The notes beneath the pieces were generated by a model. The model made no database searches. It was not told the origin of the DNA and saw nothing but the letters and a program-made list of their open reading frames with translations. Of a stretch of 64,000 nt of DNA, positions 27,001-41,625 are shown piece after piece. Source of the DNA: Proteromonas lacertae (Eukaryota). Positions within the stretch are counted from its first letter, which is position 1. Each line of letters begins with the position of its first letter. Made by a program: the position numbers and the translations under genes. Location of the stretch: NCBI GenBank assembly GCA_002245135.1, contig NGBS01000586.1, positions 1 to 64,000 of the forward strand. The letters run 5' to 3'.

Positions 27001-30000
27001 TATATCTATATACCTTCAACATGACGAATAAATTCAGTTCTATTAAACTCTAATGTCAATTCTAAAGTTGTGCCAGGATATTTAACCAACAATGGAATTG
27101 GTAAAACAAAATCACTATCAAATACATTTCCAGAATGACATGTATAATTAAATGTCGTTAATAACACTTTCTGAGCTGATGAACCATAATAACCATAAAT
27201 ATCTAATGGAACAGTATCATTATCATCAGGATGACAGTTGTAATTCTCAAGATGCATATTAAACTTTCCACTTACATCAAAATCTTTATTAACAACTTTC
27301 TTACTATCAACTGTTAAATCAAATACAAGATGAGTAAATGCATTACTTACACATTTATAATAAACAGCATCACTGAAATATAAACCTTGAAAACATTCTC
27401 TATATGAATGTCCATCTGGTCCAACTGATATATATCCTTCTTGACAATCACCATAAACTACAGGTTTTGGCACAGATAATGGCCAATAAGCGTTATATTC
27501 AATTTTATTAACACACCATCTATTTGGCATATCACATTTATAAGGAGTTAAATCCCATGTTCCATTCTGAAAACAAACTTTTGTTGGAACTTCTTCTGGA
27601 CCATTCCAACCTGATGTTTCCCATATACTTGTATTTGGACAAACATTTGTCATTGGTTTTAAAGGACTTGGATCCCAATCTAAACCATTGGAACTAACAG
27701 CTTCACAATACAATGGTTGTGTATATTTTTGAATTATCTTTTCACATTTCTTATCCATACACATTCTACAATTTAAATATCTCACATTTATTCCACTATA
27801 ATCAGTGAAATTCTTTGTAAATACATTCTTTTTCTTGAAAACAATAATCTACTTCTTCTGTTATTACATCTCCATCTATAAAACTATTCTCAAATTGAGA
27901 TAAAGTGTATTGAAGATAAATGATTGGTTGGAATTTTGTACATTTTTTCAAGTCAGTTAAATATAATGGACCATTCAGTGTTACAGCTGTTACTATTTTT
28001 CTGTTTGAACTTAAATTCAAGTGTATATCCAAATCACCAAATTCCCAATCAAATTCTGGTCTTATTTGATATGTACATCCTTTCGATGGTGAAGACCAAC
28101 TTCCTCCCACTAAACATTTTCTTGTTGGAAAATCTGCTCCATCATCATTATCATATATATAATCAGGTAAACATCTTCCTGTTATATTTTCATTCACTAT
28201 TGATTGTAACCAAGATGCATTATAAGCATTTTCTTCTTCTTTACATGCTATTGGATATGTTTCTTGTTGAGATGGAACACTACAATCATCTAATCTTGTA
28301 GCTAAACATATCTTTGCATGTAAATTCAACTTATTCTCTTCAGATGGATAAACATGAACTAATCTTGTAAAACTGACAGGAGGAGTATTTCGACAATAAG
28401 AATCATTAGTATAATCTAATGGAACATAATCATTAAATGATTTCTCTAACAATGAATAACCAAATTTGATTTGAGTATCAGGAGGTAATATACTACATTT
28501 TACATAAGCAACTGTAAATGTAAAGGTTATATTGTATTCACCAGTTTCATTATTTATATAATTACCACTAACACCACTTAATGTTATTACTGTTCCAGGT
28601 AAATCAATCAACATACAACTGTTATTATAAGAACCCCATTTTCCATCAATATTACATTGTCTTTCTAATAATTGACTTTCTGGTTGAGTATAAAACTCTC
28701 TACATTCACCTAAATGAGTTCCAAATCCTGCTTTTCTCCATGTTACTTCATTTGCTTCATTTTCTGAACAGAATACTCTTTGAGTTTTGGTTTTTAGTAC
28801 TTTTGAACATGATGAATCTACACATAACTCAAATGTGAAATAATCATAAGAATATTCTAATTGAGAATATGCAGGAATTTCCATTTCATACTTATTACCT
28901 TCCCAACAATAAGGGATTTCTTTTGTTTTATAATAATCCATTATACCATCTTCTTCAGAAAAACCATATCTTACATATAAACTAAATGGTGTGAAATTAT
29001 AATTACATTCAAATCGATCATAAAGTGAGATATTTCCAAATATTACATTACTATCATATTCATCAATACTTGAATTAAGATAATCAAATGAGATTTCAAA
29101 TCCTGTTGTAATAGCTTCACATTTATAAGTAGTATCAAATGCTTTCCATAATCCATTTATATCACAATATCTCAATGGTCTTAAAGTTTTACCATTATAG
29201 TTAGTAAATGGTGGACAATCTCCTTCATTATATTGATCTAAACTACCATAATCCCATGTAATACTATAGGCAGTATCTTTATTACAATATGTTGCTTCTT
29301 TAAGTTCAGCAAAGGCAGAACCACAATTAAATATAGGATCACCATCTGGAGCAATTAAATAACTACTTAAATATTTATAATCAGATACTTCATTCTTCTT
29401 TATATATACATCATGATATAATGTATATGTATTATTATCTGTGAAACAATAAGGTATTACAATTTCCTTTAAAGAACATGGAAGTCTAACATATTTGAAA
29501 TCTGCAAAGATATAAGCAACTCTTAATGAATCAGGTTTCTTTGTATATTTACAGTAATAATCATCTTTTATTACAACATATCCATTCAAATGATAATATG
29601 ATGAATTAACAGATTCTATACTAAAGTTTCTACTCATTACAAATTTTGTTCCTGTATATTTACATGTTTGTGAGGTTGAAAATGCTTCAAATTGACCAGA
29701 TGGTAAACACAATGCTTTTGGTATATTTCCACCATCATATTCATGAAATTCTTCACAATAACCATATCCATATTCTCCTATCACTGCAGCACCCATAAAT
29801 CCAGATGATATTGATTTTGAAACACATGATAATTTGATATGATGCTTATTTAAAACAGCATTACATATTGGATCATAACAAAACATGAAATTCAATTGAT
29901 TATATGCTTTATTCACACTTACAGTATCTTTCAAACCAGTCATATTAAAATGATATGTACCATTCTCAAAACAATATGGTATTTTATGGACAGTTGTTGA

Positions 30001-33000
30001 ATATTTATTTATATCATTATTTATTAAGAATTTTACATATATTTCATTTGGTGTATAGGAAAATCTACATTCATCATTATCACGTAATATCATTATTCCA
30101 CCAACATGAACTAATTCTTTTTCATCAATTGTTACATTCAATAAACTTGTATCTACTGTAAAATGAGTATCCATTTTTTTACAAGCACCTGGTGGATAAT
30201 TATCCCATTTTCCATCTTCTTTACATTCTCTATAAGGTCTATAACCATCTGTATAATTGTGAAAAGCTTGACATATTCCTTCTACTACTTCTGATACATT
30301 ACTTAATCTCCATGATATTAAATGTTTTTCATCTGGACTGCAGAATGTTGCTATTGATTTTTGATCAAATGTTGTTTTGTTAGTTAAAGCATATTCTGGG
30401 AATGTTGGATACATTCTCCAATTCAAATAATGGTAATACTCTATATTATTCTTATGAACATTCTTAACTTCAATTGGATATATTACACTATCATTCTCAA
30501 AACAATATGTAAAATTAACAAATTTATCACCTATTTCAAATGTACTTGTATCATTCTCTATTTCTGTCCATCTATAGTGATTTGATACTAAATCTTGATG
30601 ACGAGTATAATTACATGACCATTTATCATCAATTTGAACATAACCAATGAAATTATAATAATCATTATTAACACTTGGTATTATGGATATATTTCCAGAT
30701 ATTTCAAAACCTGTTCCTTTATAATCACATCTTTCACTTTGTTTATTTGGCTGAATAAATTTACCTGATTCTTGACAAACACTTTCTGGATATTCACCTG
30801 GAATTGAGTAAGTATAAAATGCATAACAATAACCTTTGCTAGTTTCATTAAATGGACCATATTTAATATATAAATTATTCTCATAAAATCTTGTTTGATT
30901 ACAATATACAGCTATTATATATATATAAATAACATATACTAAGATTATAATATTGATTATCTTCTATTCTTCCATCTTCAAATCTAGCATAAAATTTGTT
31001 CATATATTCAGGCTTATTTGCTTTAAAATTAACTAAATCATATTCATATCTATCAAAATCTTCATTATATTTAACTTCAATCACTATCATGATAACTTGT
31101 ACATCCTGTACATACATTTTCAATTGAATATACAAATCCCAAATATATGGAAAGATATGCAGGAATAAATTCATATTTAACTTTTACTGTTTGAGTAATT
31201 GTTATTTTACCATTAATCACAGCATATCCATCTTCATCCATATAGGCTGTAGCATTTACATCAAAAACAAATACTCTATCTAAATCTGTACATCCTGTTT
31301 TTGATCTATTAAAGTAATTATAATATCCATTCTTTTCACATCTTCTTTCAAGATCATTTTTATCACCATAAAATTCAGTAAATACAGGGACAATGTCAGC
31401 AGTATGATTTAAACCAATACTAGTAGATGTCCAATACAATAAATTAATAGTTTCACTTGGACAATATGTTGCTATTACTATTTCTTGAAATGTTAAAGAA
31501 CTAGTAAAATTCCATCTTGGTTCATTCTTATATGGAGATAATCTTATTAAAGCATAATGGATGAATTACCAGATTGATAGTGAATTGAAGTTAATTGTAA
31601 AATTATAATATAATTTATTATTGAAACAATATGGTATAGCATAAGAATATTTTGTATTACTATAATCTCGATCAAATGATGTATTACTACTTGAAAAGAA
31701 GAATGTAATGTTAATATAATTTTGATGATATATATAATTACATTCTGAATGATCATCAATGTTTGCATATCCTCTTATACTATAGTAATATTTATTTTGA
31801 CTATCATAATAACTATATGGTTTATTTATATAAGCATCTATTTCAAATTGTGTGCCATTATAAAAACAATATTCATTACTATCTAAACTAGCAAAATTTC
31901 CATCTAATTCACATTCAGTTGATGGCTTTTTAGAATCATCAACATAATAATACATTGGAGCACAATAACCTTCAGTTGATGTATTTGTTGGAGTTGGTAC
32001 AAACCAAGCATTATTCTCATATAAACTTCGACATGTTAATACTATTCAAATATATATAACAATTATTATACTTCTATAATCTACTCCATATACTTCATTA
32101 GCTAAGAATCTATTATCTTTAAAAATCTTCACTACAAAATAATTACTAAACACTGCATTCTGATTCACATATATTTTATCAATTGGAATACTTAATACAT
32201 TATTATTAAAACAATAATTATAATATTTATCTACATAACCATATTTATAATTATCACATCTATCTGTGTATTCACTGTAACAATATACTATAGATAACTG
32301 TGAAGGAGGAAATGGAGAACCACACTCCAATATATCATGAATTAACACATTACCACTCACTTTTGTTTTATTAAATGATAAAACTTCAATTTTCAATTGT
32401 GAAAAATCAATTTTGAATATGTCACTTTCTTTAATGCATTCATTTGTTGTTGCTTCCCAATTTCCATCATCTTTACATTTTCTCTTATTATCAACTTTTG
32501 GTTTCCAGAATGTAATACATGTTCCATTAGCTATACCTGGAACTGAATTAACATAAGACATTTCACCAACTTTTTCAGCTTTACAGTAATTATCTATACA
32601 TTATTATAACAAATAAAATATACATGTATAGATATTACTATCATATTTGTAAGATTTTGCATCAGATAAAACTATATATAATGTTCTAATAGTTAAACTG
32701 CTTATTCCAATATTCAAATTATATGAATATGTATTGTTTATAAATGGATATGATATTTTACTACCTGAATTACAAGGTGTTGCTGGATTTGTTACTTTTG
32801 ATTGAAAACAAACATATAAATAAACTTCTGAAGGAGGATATAATCGAGTATTCATTGATAAATCATTAATAACTATTGTTCCATAAGCTTTTGGATTATT
32901 CACATTGGTATTATCAAATGTTACACCATCAAAGTTCATTTTTAATTCAGGTGCTATTCATATTTATATATACAAACATATATATACGTTTAAATTCACA

Positions 33001-35493
33001 TGAACTACTTGTTTCAATCCATCCAGTTGTTTGACATGTCAGTTTTGGAGCTTTTCCTTCTTCTTTATATTCATAACTTGTATTACATTTTCCTTCAACT
33101 TCTCCAATCAATGATAATGGAAATATCATATTATTTTTTACATAATCTTTACAGGATAATCCTATATAATAACATCATAATTAAATATTTATATACTTTT
33201 AGTATAAACAAAATCACTTGGATTATTTTCATCAGTTCCAATTCTTAAATGTAAAAAGTGTTCTTTTCCAGCCAATGATATTTTATTAGGAGGTATAATA
33301 TCTAATTGATTTCCTATGAAACAATAATCTTTACTTCCTTTTATGAAGTTACAAGTTGAATTTGTAGTATATATCTCAGTATCACATATTCCATATCTAT
33401 AATATAACTTTCCTTTATTACCTTTACAATTTGTACTATCTGTTACTTTTACTTTTCCTTCAATTGCAACTATGTTATTATTATTCATTTCTGTTTTAAC
33501 ATCAGAAACATCAACATTAAATTCTATTCAATTACAATAACAAATAATATTATATACTTGCTCCTTCAAATAAACATATATATGGAGAATATTCCCAAGT
33601 TCCATTATCTAAACATTTTCTTGATATTGCTGGATTTGAACCATCAAATTCATAGAATGGTTTACAGGCAAAATCATCATATGTTCTTGTTTGACCAGAT
33701 GGAGTTCTTTCCCAAGTTATATTATTAGTTATTGTTTCTTGACATACTAAATACACATCTTTTATTAAAAATTCATGTTTCATATCTTTTGTAAAAAATG
33801 TGAATATCAGTTTACTTTGTTGAGGTGTTTTACCAGGTGCTAATGGTAATTTGTTTTCAATATTCTGAATACAAGAAGCAATCTCACTTTGTGGTTTGTC
33901 TTTTCCACCATCATAATTGTAAGAAACTTTATATGTTAATGGAAATGTATTCTTTGAATCACATGTTGGATAAATGATTGTATAATTTCCACCTAATACT
34001 TTCTCATAATTATCATCCCAATCAATTTCTAATTTTATGTCAATATCAGGAACTATAATAATTATATTAATATAAATATATAAATACTGAATTCTTCACA
34101 GTTAGTTTTATCATTTGTAGTATATTTATTATTTCCTAAACATTCTCTGGTTGGTTTATCACCAGATCCAATCCATCTATAATATTCAACACATTTACCA
34201 TAACCAATACCTTTGATAGTAATATCCCAATCGATATTATATTCAACAGGATCAGGTGAATTACATTGAATATCTATTTATCATAATTAATAATGTTAAT
34301 AAATATACCAAATGAATCTATTATTAATTCATCTGTCATTTTGTTTGTTCCAAATACTCCAACTGATACTTCATAAAAATTATATGCAACTTCTTGAGTT
34401 GGAATTGATACTTTATTATCACTAAAACAATAGCTAACATTAACAGGAGTTATTCCATCAAATTTGGTATTACTTTTACTATCAAACATTACATATACAA
34501 ACATCTTTGGTAATAAAGTATTATCACATTTATCTGTTCTTAATATTATATTACCAGAATATTTAATTTTACCTTGACTTGATCCACTTGATATATAGGT
34601 TGATTCTACTTCACTAAAATCAACTGTAACTTTTGGAAATTTATATTTTACACAAGCATTATTATCAGCTGTTTCCCAAACACTGTTTGTACATTTTCTC
34701 ATTGGATTTACACCATCTACTCTATTGTGATATGTTAATTCACATTCTCCAGTTGCTTCTGTGTTTGTTGCTGTTATTGGATAGAATGTGTTATAGATTG
34801 ATTCACTTTCACAAACAATTTCTATTTAATATAAATTCATATAAATATACTGTAAGATTGACTTAACAACTTAAAACTATCACCTTTGGGGTAAGCTTTT
34901 ACATTAAAATATACATTGTGTAAATCAGATGTATGAACATTTACATTAAAAACTTCTGTATAATTATTCTTTGTATGACAACTATCAACAATCACACTCT
35001 TTGATTCATATAATGTAGTATTATCTCTTCCAAAACCCCAAATGTATTCAACTTTATAACCAACAACACTAAATTTATCATTCAATGCACACATTTCAGA
35101 ATCATGCACAGTAAAATAACCAGTTACATCATATCCACTGTCACTTACTTTGATTATAAGATTTTCAAAGTTTACTTGATATGGAGGTGGCCCTATTATT
35201 GCTTTAATATTACAAGTATACATTGAGCTAGCATACGGGGAGAATGATTGAGATAACATTTAAAGCTAATTTCTGACCACTGACCATTTGTACAGTTTCT
35301 GTATGGTAACTTCTCACTCACATATCCTTCATGACATTTAGAGGTGACTTGACCTTCTTCTGACTCTGGCCAATCGGCATAACCGTCATTAAGCTTTAAA
35401 GGACATTTAGTTTGCTAAAACAGTATAAGAAAAAAATATAGTACCTGAAACTATAGCAATAAACGCAAAAAGAAACGCAATAAGCACTTTCAT
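24001..35493 (-). CDS. Giant modular type I surface protein, copy A (apparent frameshifts; error or pseudogene)
   Basis: Signal peptide MKVLIAFLFAFIAIVSA; same exon structure as copy B; TM helix and cytoplasmic tail. Extra bases relative to copy B near 35410, 31560-31590, 31390, 31083 and 27840. Confidence 0.85.
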
Positions 35494-36487
35494 TCAAAAA
35501 ATAATGATAAAACCACCAAAAGGTGTAATTTCTATAAATTCTATTTCTACAGTATATACATACAGTTCCTGCTCAATATTTTGTTTAAAGTAATCTTATA
35601 AATTTTATTCTGCTGGGATAGCATTCTAATACATAACAATGTGATATTAATTAATATCTATAACTACAAGAAAAAAAATCTTAATATAAGAATATATTAG
35701 TTTTACTTTTGGCTTTTCATAGTGCGGCTATGATTATAAGCGCATGTTGTTCTTTATGCTACAAATTCACTATTGCTACTCTTATAATAATCGTTTATGT
35801 AAAAAAATTTGCATTAATGAGTATAATTATAACATTCTTATATTATAATTATTTCATTTTATTATTTTCTAAAAAGAGAAATTATCTATACTCCTACACA
35901 CTGGTGCTTTAATTTCGATATTATTAGTAAGGTATATATTGTCATTATAGACTTCTAAGATAATAAGCATCTTACTACAATGTGCTTAAGAAAAAAATAA
36001 GAACTATTTATTAGGAAATTATAGAATAACTTATATTCGTATTGATATGAGTTAATTATCAGATACTGCATTCCTTTCATTCAATTATTTACTATCTTCT
36101 TAACTTACTATTAGTTTGCTATTTATGCTATTATCTATTAGATAAATTCTAAAGTAACTAATTTTAATTTCAAAAATTATATCCGTTATTTTATACACTT
36201 CTATTTTTAAAGGGCAAAAAAAATATAATGTAAATATTGAAGTATAAATTCACTTCACATTAAAAATAAGTTCTAAGGTAGATTACTACAATTAACACTA
36301 CTTTTATATATTATTATTTCAAATGCCTAATTATGATATACTAAATGTAAAACCGAATGACTAATGATAAAAAAACTTAAAACCAAAATTGTGCATTTTT
36401 TTTTATGGGTTTGATTTGAGCAAATAAAGTGAAACTGACAAAACATTTTTTTTTGAAGTAGAAAGATTATAAAGGAAAATAAAAATT

Positions 36488-39400
36488 ATGTCTAGAGTAA
36501 GTCCAGTTAAAGAAAAACTTCCAGCACCCTCTGGAATAGATAAAGAAGGGTTGGATCAGGATTATGCTCATACTTGTTGGGTATGATTATATTGATAATA
36601 TATTAGGTTAAACCAAGTATAGAAGAAGCTAAAAAACGTGCTGCAAATCATATGTTCGCTAATGGTACAGCATCAATATGTAAAACGCCTATTGAGAAGA
36701 TGACATCAATGGGATCAGGTATAGTTTTATATTTCTGGTTGCTTAAACAACTGTGCATTCTATTCTTCTTCCTCGCTGTTACTGCAATACCTGCAATAGT
36801 TGTATCAGTAAGTGGTGAAAGAATTAGCAAAGATTACGATGCAATAACCTTTGCTCTATCTTCTACAACTGTTGGTAACATATTTACACGAGTTGATGTT
36901 TCTAATTCAACAACTCATTCCTATATCACATTATTTGGTCGTGATTTTTATGCAGTAGATGTATCATTCGTGATATCAGTATGTGATGTATTTGCATGTT
37001 TGTTATTTCTATGTGTTATATTCTATTGGAAAAGAAAAGTTCAAGCAATATCAAAACAGATAAATATAGCTGAGGTAACAGCTAGTGATTATTCAGTTTG
37101 GGTAGAAGGTCTTCCAAAAGATGCAACACATAAAGAAATATTAAAGTTCTTCAATGAATTATATTGTTTAGAAGAAGGTAAAATCAAATATGCTGATAAA
37201 AGAAGTGTAACAAAACATAAAGCTACTAATAGAGGAGTTTTAGTGGATATGAAAAATGAAGAATTATCCAGAGGACCACCTAAAGATAAACCACATAATC
37301 CTTTAACTAATAAATATTGGAAAGGAAAATTAATAAAAGAACCAACTCATTTCTTTACAGTTCAGCAAGGACCTTATATGAACAAATGGATAGCTGAAGT
37401 GGTGGTTGCACATCCTAATGGTAAAGCAATAAGAGCCTATTTGAAGAAACAATCATTAATGAGAGAATTAAGAAGAGCTAGGGCGAATGTGAAGATGTTA
37501 TCTCAAAGCGATGATTATAATCCAAATAAAGTGAAGAAAGCAATGAATAAATTGGCAAATATACAATATAAGTTAGAGAATAATGTGAAAAATATAATTG
37601 ATGTATTTATTTATTATTATTATTATTATTATATGTAATAGAAAGAAGATGATAAAACGTGTATTGGAGCAGCTGTAATGTTTAATAATGAAGAATCTAG
37701 AAATAGATGTTTAACTGAGTTTAATCCAACCAATTTATGTTGTAGTTGTTGTTATTCTACTCCAGCCTATTTGAAGTTTAGAAAAACATATGAATTAAAG
37801 ATTTCCGAAGCACCAAATCCAAGTGATATGATATGGGAGAATTATGAAACTTCAAAATGTGAAATATGTCTGAGAAGAACATTTACTTATTTAGTCTCTT
37901 TATTCTTCTTATGTATTAGTGTTGGTATATTAGCATTTGCTACTTCTAAACAAGAGTATTATGTACAAACTTCTCCTAAGTTAACATTATGTAATTTAGA
38001 TTTACCTGCATTATATTACAAAACTTATAATTTTACCAATACTGATGTGAAGTTAAAAAGAGGAACTGCTGAACAAGATAAACAATGTAATAGTTTATTT
38101 AAGAAATCGAGTAGTAGTGATGATGATAATTGGTATTACATATATTACGATACTACAACTCCTATTATACCAACTAATACTAATGATAACAATAAATCCC
38201 CTTGTTATACACCTTGTACAAGTCCATCAACAACACAATCAATAATGTGTAATACACTCTCATGTTTTGATAAACAATATAATAAAAGATGTGAAAAGTT
38301 TAATATTATTACACAAAGTGGTTGTTATTGTAGTGAGATGCTAAGTAACAATATTGATGAGAAAGGTTGGTTTAAAGGACCATATGATACTCTATTTGGA
38401 GATGATGATTATTGTTATGATTTTGCATATTCATATTTGTATAGTTTAGTATTCTCATTTGCTACTGTATTGTTGACTCTAATTATTAACAGTTTATTGA
38501 TGAATATATTGCAATGTGTTACTAAATTTGAAAGAAGAAAAACAAAGTCCAGTGAAATTAGATCATCTGCCTTAAAGATTTTTGTCAGTTTATTCCTTAA
38601 TACAGCTATTATTATATTAATCGTACAAAGTAATGGGATTTCAGGTAATGAAGTTCCGTTGAAAGTAATTGGTTTATTTGGTGGACAATATCCTGATTTT
38701 ACATCTGCTTGGTATACTGGAGTTGGAAGTGCAATATTGAAAACAATGATATTGAATATGATTACTGCTCATTTATGGCCTATTTTGAATTATTTAGTTG
38801 TTTTACCTTTTACTAGACATTGTGTATATATTATTATTATTTATTTATTAGTGTCGTAAAGCAGTTCTTCAAGATGAATTAGATCAATTATATGAAGGTC
38901 AAGACTTTAGAATAGTTGAAAGACTGCCACTTATATTCAATACTGTGTTTGTTAGTACATTATATACCTCAGGAATACCATTATTCTATCTAGTAGCTTC
39001 ATGCTCATTCTTCATACAGTTTTGGGTAGATAAAGCCTTCTTCTTAAGAATGTATAGAAGACCACCAAGTTATGGTGTTGAATTAATTGCTGATTGTTTA
39101 GACATATTACCTTGGTCAATTGTATTGCATTTAATATTGGGTATATGGATGTTTGGTAGTAATGATGTATTATATGATTCATCTACAGGTGAAGGATTAT
39201 TGAATTTACATTTTATATCAGATAGCACTGGATTAGATTATATGGATATTGAAAATGCTTATAATGAATGGATTCAGAATAATAAATATGATTATTTGAA
39301 GTTATTACCAAAAGTATATTATATATATATTCATATATATATAAATAGATAATGAGAGTGAATGTATTTCCCTTATTTATATTACTTATTACCATATTAT

Positions 39401-39921
39401 TTGTATGGTTAATGTGGACTATATTTATGAAATATTTTATTACTTGTTGTTGCAACACATGTAAAGTATGTTTTTGTAGTTGTTGTTTTGAAAGATATAA
39501 TTTCGAGAAATATCCAAATACTCATATTCCAACTTATTCTGGAATGTTTATATATGAATTAGATCCTTATTATTACCATGAATTAGATAAATTAGCGATT
39601 AAAGAGAATTGGCATATTGAAGATTGTCAAACTGATGATGGTTATATCACACAAGTGAAAATGAAAGTTTGGACTTTAAAGCCTTTAATTCCAAAGAAAA
39701 CATATGAAGTACTTGCTGAGACTGGATTGCATACTTACAATATAAATGCTAATCCTATCTATAAGGATGCTATGAAGGCTAAAATGCAAGTAAAACATCA
39801 GGAGACATTTTCAAATATAAATGATATAAATCATAGGGGATCAGTAGATTATTCTGCAGATATAGAAAACTATGACTATATGCAAGATAGTCATGATCCT
39901 TCAAAAGATTGTGAAGTTTAG
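36488..39921 (+). CDS. OSCA/TMEM63/CSC1-like multi-pass ion channel
   Basis: GSGIVLYFWLLKQL, TASDYSVWVEGLP, APNPSDMIWEN, YPDFTSAWYTGVG, QDELDQLYEG, SGIPLFY and FWVDKAFFLRMYRRPP; about 10 TM segments and a Cys-rich extracellular loop. Four short introns. Confidence 0.85.
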
Positions 39922-40039
39922 GTTTTATGGTTAGATGTATATGTTTTTATTTTATTATCAATTATTGAATTATATATTGTTTTATTGAATAAAAGAATGA
40001 AAATGAATTTTGTAAAACGACTCTTTTTCTTTAATTACA

Positions 40040-41313
40040 ATGAAAAATCTTTTTATTTTTCTTGCTATAGGTATGATGTATCTTTTTTATTTGATTAGCA
40101 ACTCTCTGCTGTGCAGAAGATGTTCCTTTCAGTGGACTTGTCGCTGCTGTTTACAGTCCATTCAAACTTGTATCAAATTATTATTCATATTGTTGTAATA
40201 GAATGATAGTTATTCATTAAACTTAACAGCCGTTCCATTACAAGCTGCATACTTGAAGAAAACTGGAGTAAACGCAGTATTTGTTGGAGGAACTACAGGA
40301 GAATCATTGATAATGTCAATGGCAGAACGTAAAGATTTAGCTAAAGCTTGGGTAGAAGAAGGTAAAAAATCAGACATTAAGGTAATTATCCACGTTGGAG
40401 CTGAATCTTTACAAGAAGCACATGATTTTGCTGCATATTGTGAAAGTATTGGTGCTGATGGAATAGGTTCTATGTCAACAGTCTTTTTCAAACAAAATTC
40501 AGTCAATAATTTGATCCAAGGTATGGCTTATATAGCAGCTGGTGCACCAAAAACGCCATTCTTATATTACCATTTACCAGCAATGACTGGCTGTAAAGTT
40601 GGAATGCCAGATTTCTTAACACTTGCTTATGAAAAAATCCCCACATTTGCTGGAATTAAATTCACAGATACAACTCTTAATGATATAACAGAATTACAAG
40701 CCAGAATCGATGAGTTTGTAAAGCAAGGTAAAAAGAGGGTTTGCTTGTTATTTGGTGTTGATGAAGAATATGATGTATCTGTATTTATGGGATTAGATGG
40801 AGGAGTAGGTTCTACATACAATTATGCTGGTCAAGTGTATGTAAACATCATGGAAGCATATAAAGCTGGTGATATTGATGCTGTTAGAATGTATCAAGAT
40901 CGATCTCAGAAATTTGTTAGAGTATTTGCTAAATATACAGTTAATAATTACAATGCTCACAAGTTATTAAGTTCATGGACTACTGGTGTTGATTTAGGTC
41001 CTCCAAGATTACCATATTTGGAATTAACTGATGAAGCAAAAACAAATTTCAGAAAGGATTTAGAAGCTATTGGATATTTTGATTGGGTTAAGTATATATA
41101 TGTTTTATATATCGTTTATATAGCGAAAAGTACGCCCCAAAGAGTAATTTATTCGCTGTAAAATCAAATGGTGTGAAGTTAGTAGGAGGAATAATTCTTT
41201 GCTCATTATTGACTATTGCTGTTGTATTAATGGTTGCTATAATAGTGATTAAAGTAAAGATGAGTAATAATAAACAAGATAAGAGTGCAATCAAAGTTAC
41301 ATTATTGCCATAA
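40040..41313 (+). CDS. NPL: N-acetylneuraminate lyase with signal peptide and C-terminal TM anchor
   Basis: GGTTGES, YYHLP, Schiff-base Lys in GIKFTD, LLFGVDE, GGVGSTYNY and GPPRLP. Introns 40071-40098, 40170-40201 and 41092-41123 give MKNLFIFLAIATLCCA-EDVPF... and ...VGGIILCSLLTIAVVLMVAIIVIKVK...KVTLLP*. Confidence 0.9.
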
Positions 41314-41625
41314 ATAATTAAACAAAATGTGCTTATATAAAACCTTTTTGTGGGGTTAATCAGAAATAGAGATGAATTTACACCACTATTTGCTGTATAT
41401 AATTGCTACTATAGGGATTTAAAGTTCATAAGATGTTTTATGTACACACTACTTGTGATGAGCATGAAGTGTAGAGATAGTAAAATTTATGTTCTTTTTT
41501 TAACTTTTTCACAATCGACTTAAATATATTAAAATAATATACAACTCATTACAACTTCACGAAAAAATCAGAATAGAAGCTTTATAAAAAATTATCGGTT
41601 GGGGGGTTTCATCTTTTCTATTTGA

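Larger units (their letters stand above)
22655..35550. repeat. Left arm of large inverted duplication
   Basis: Reverse complement of about 41570-54468. Mirrored ORFs, e.g. 24001-26784(-) vs 50337-53120(+), both 927 aa with only a handful of substitutions. Confidence 0.97.

Noticed and set aside
24602..30383. Antisense ORFs over the giant gene (and similar ones throughout the ORF track)
   Set aside because: They are shadows of the codon bias on the coding strand, rich in L/I/H/Y and without motifs.
41440..41480. GTGATGA box C-like motif in a small hairpin
   Set aside because: No box D (CTGA) at a suitable distance, so a snoRNA is unsupported.
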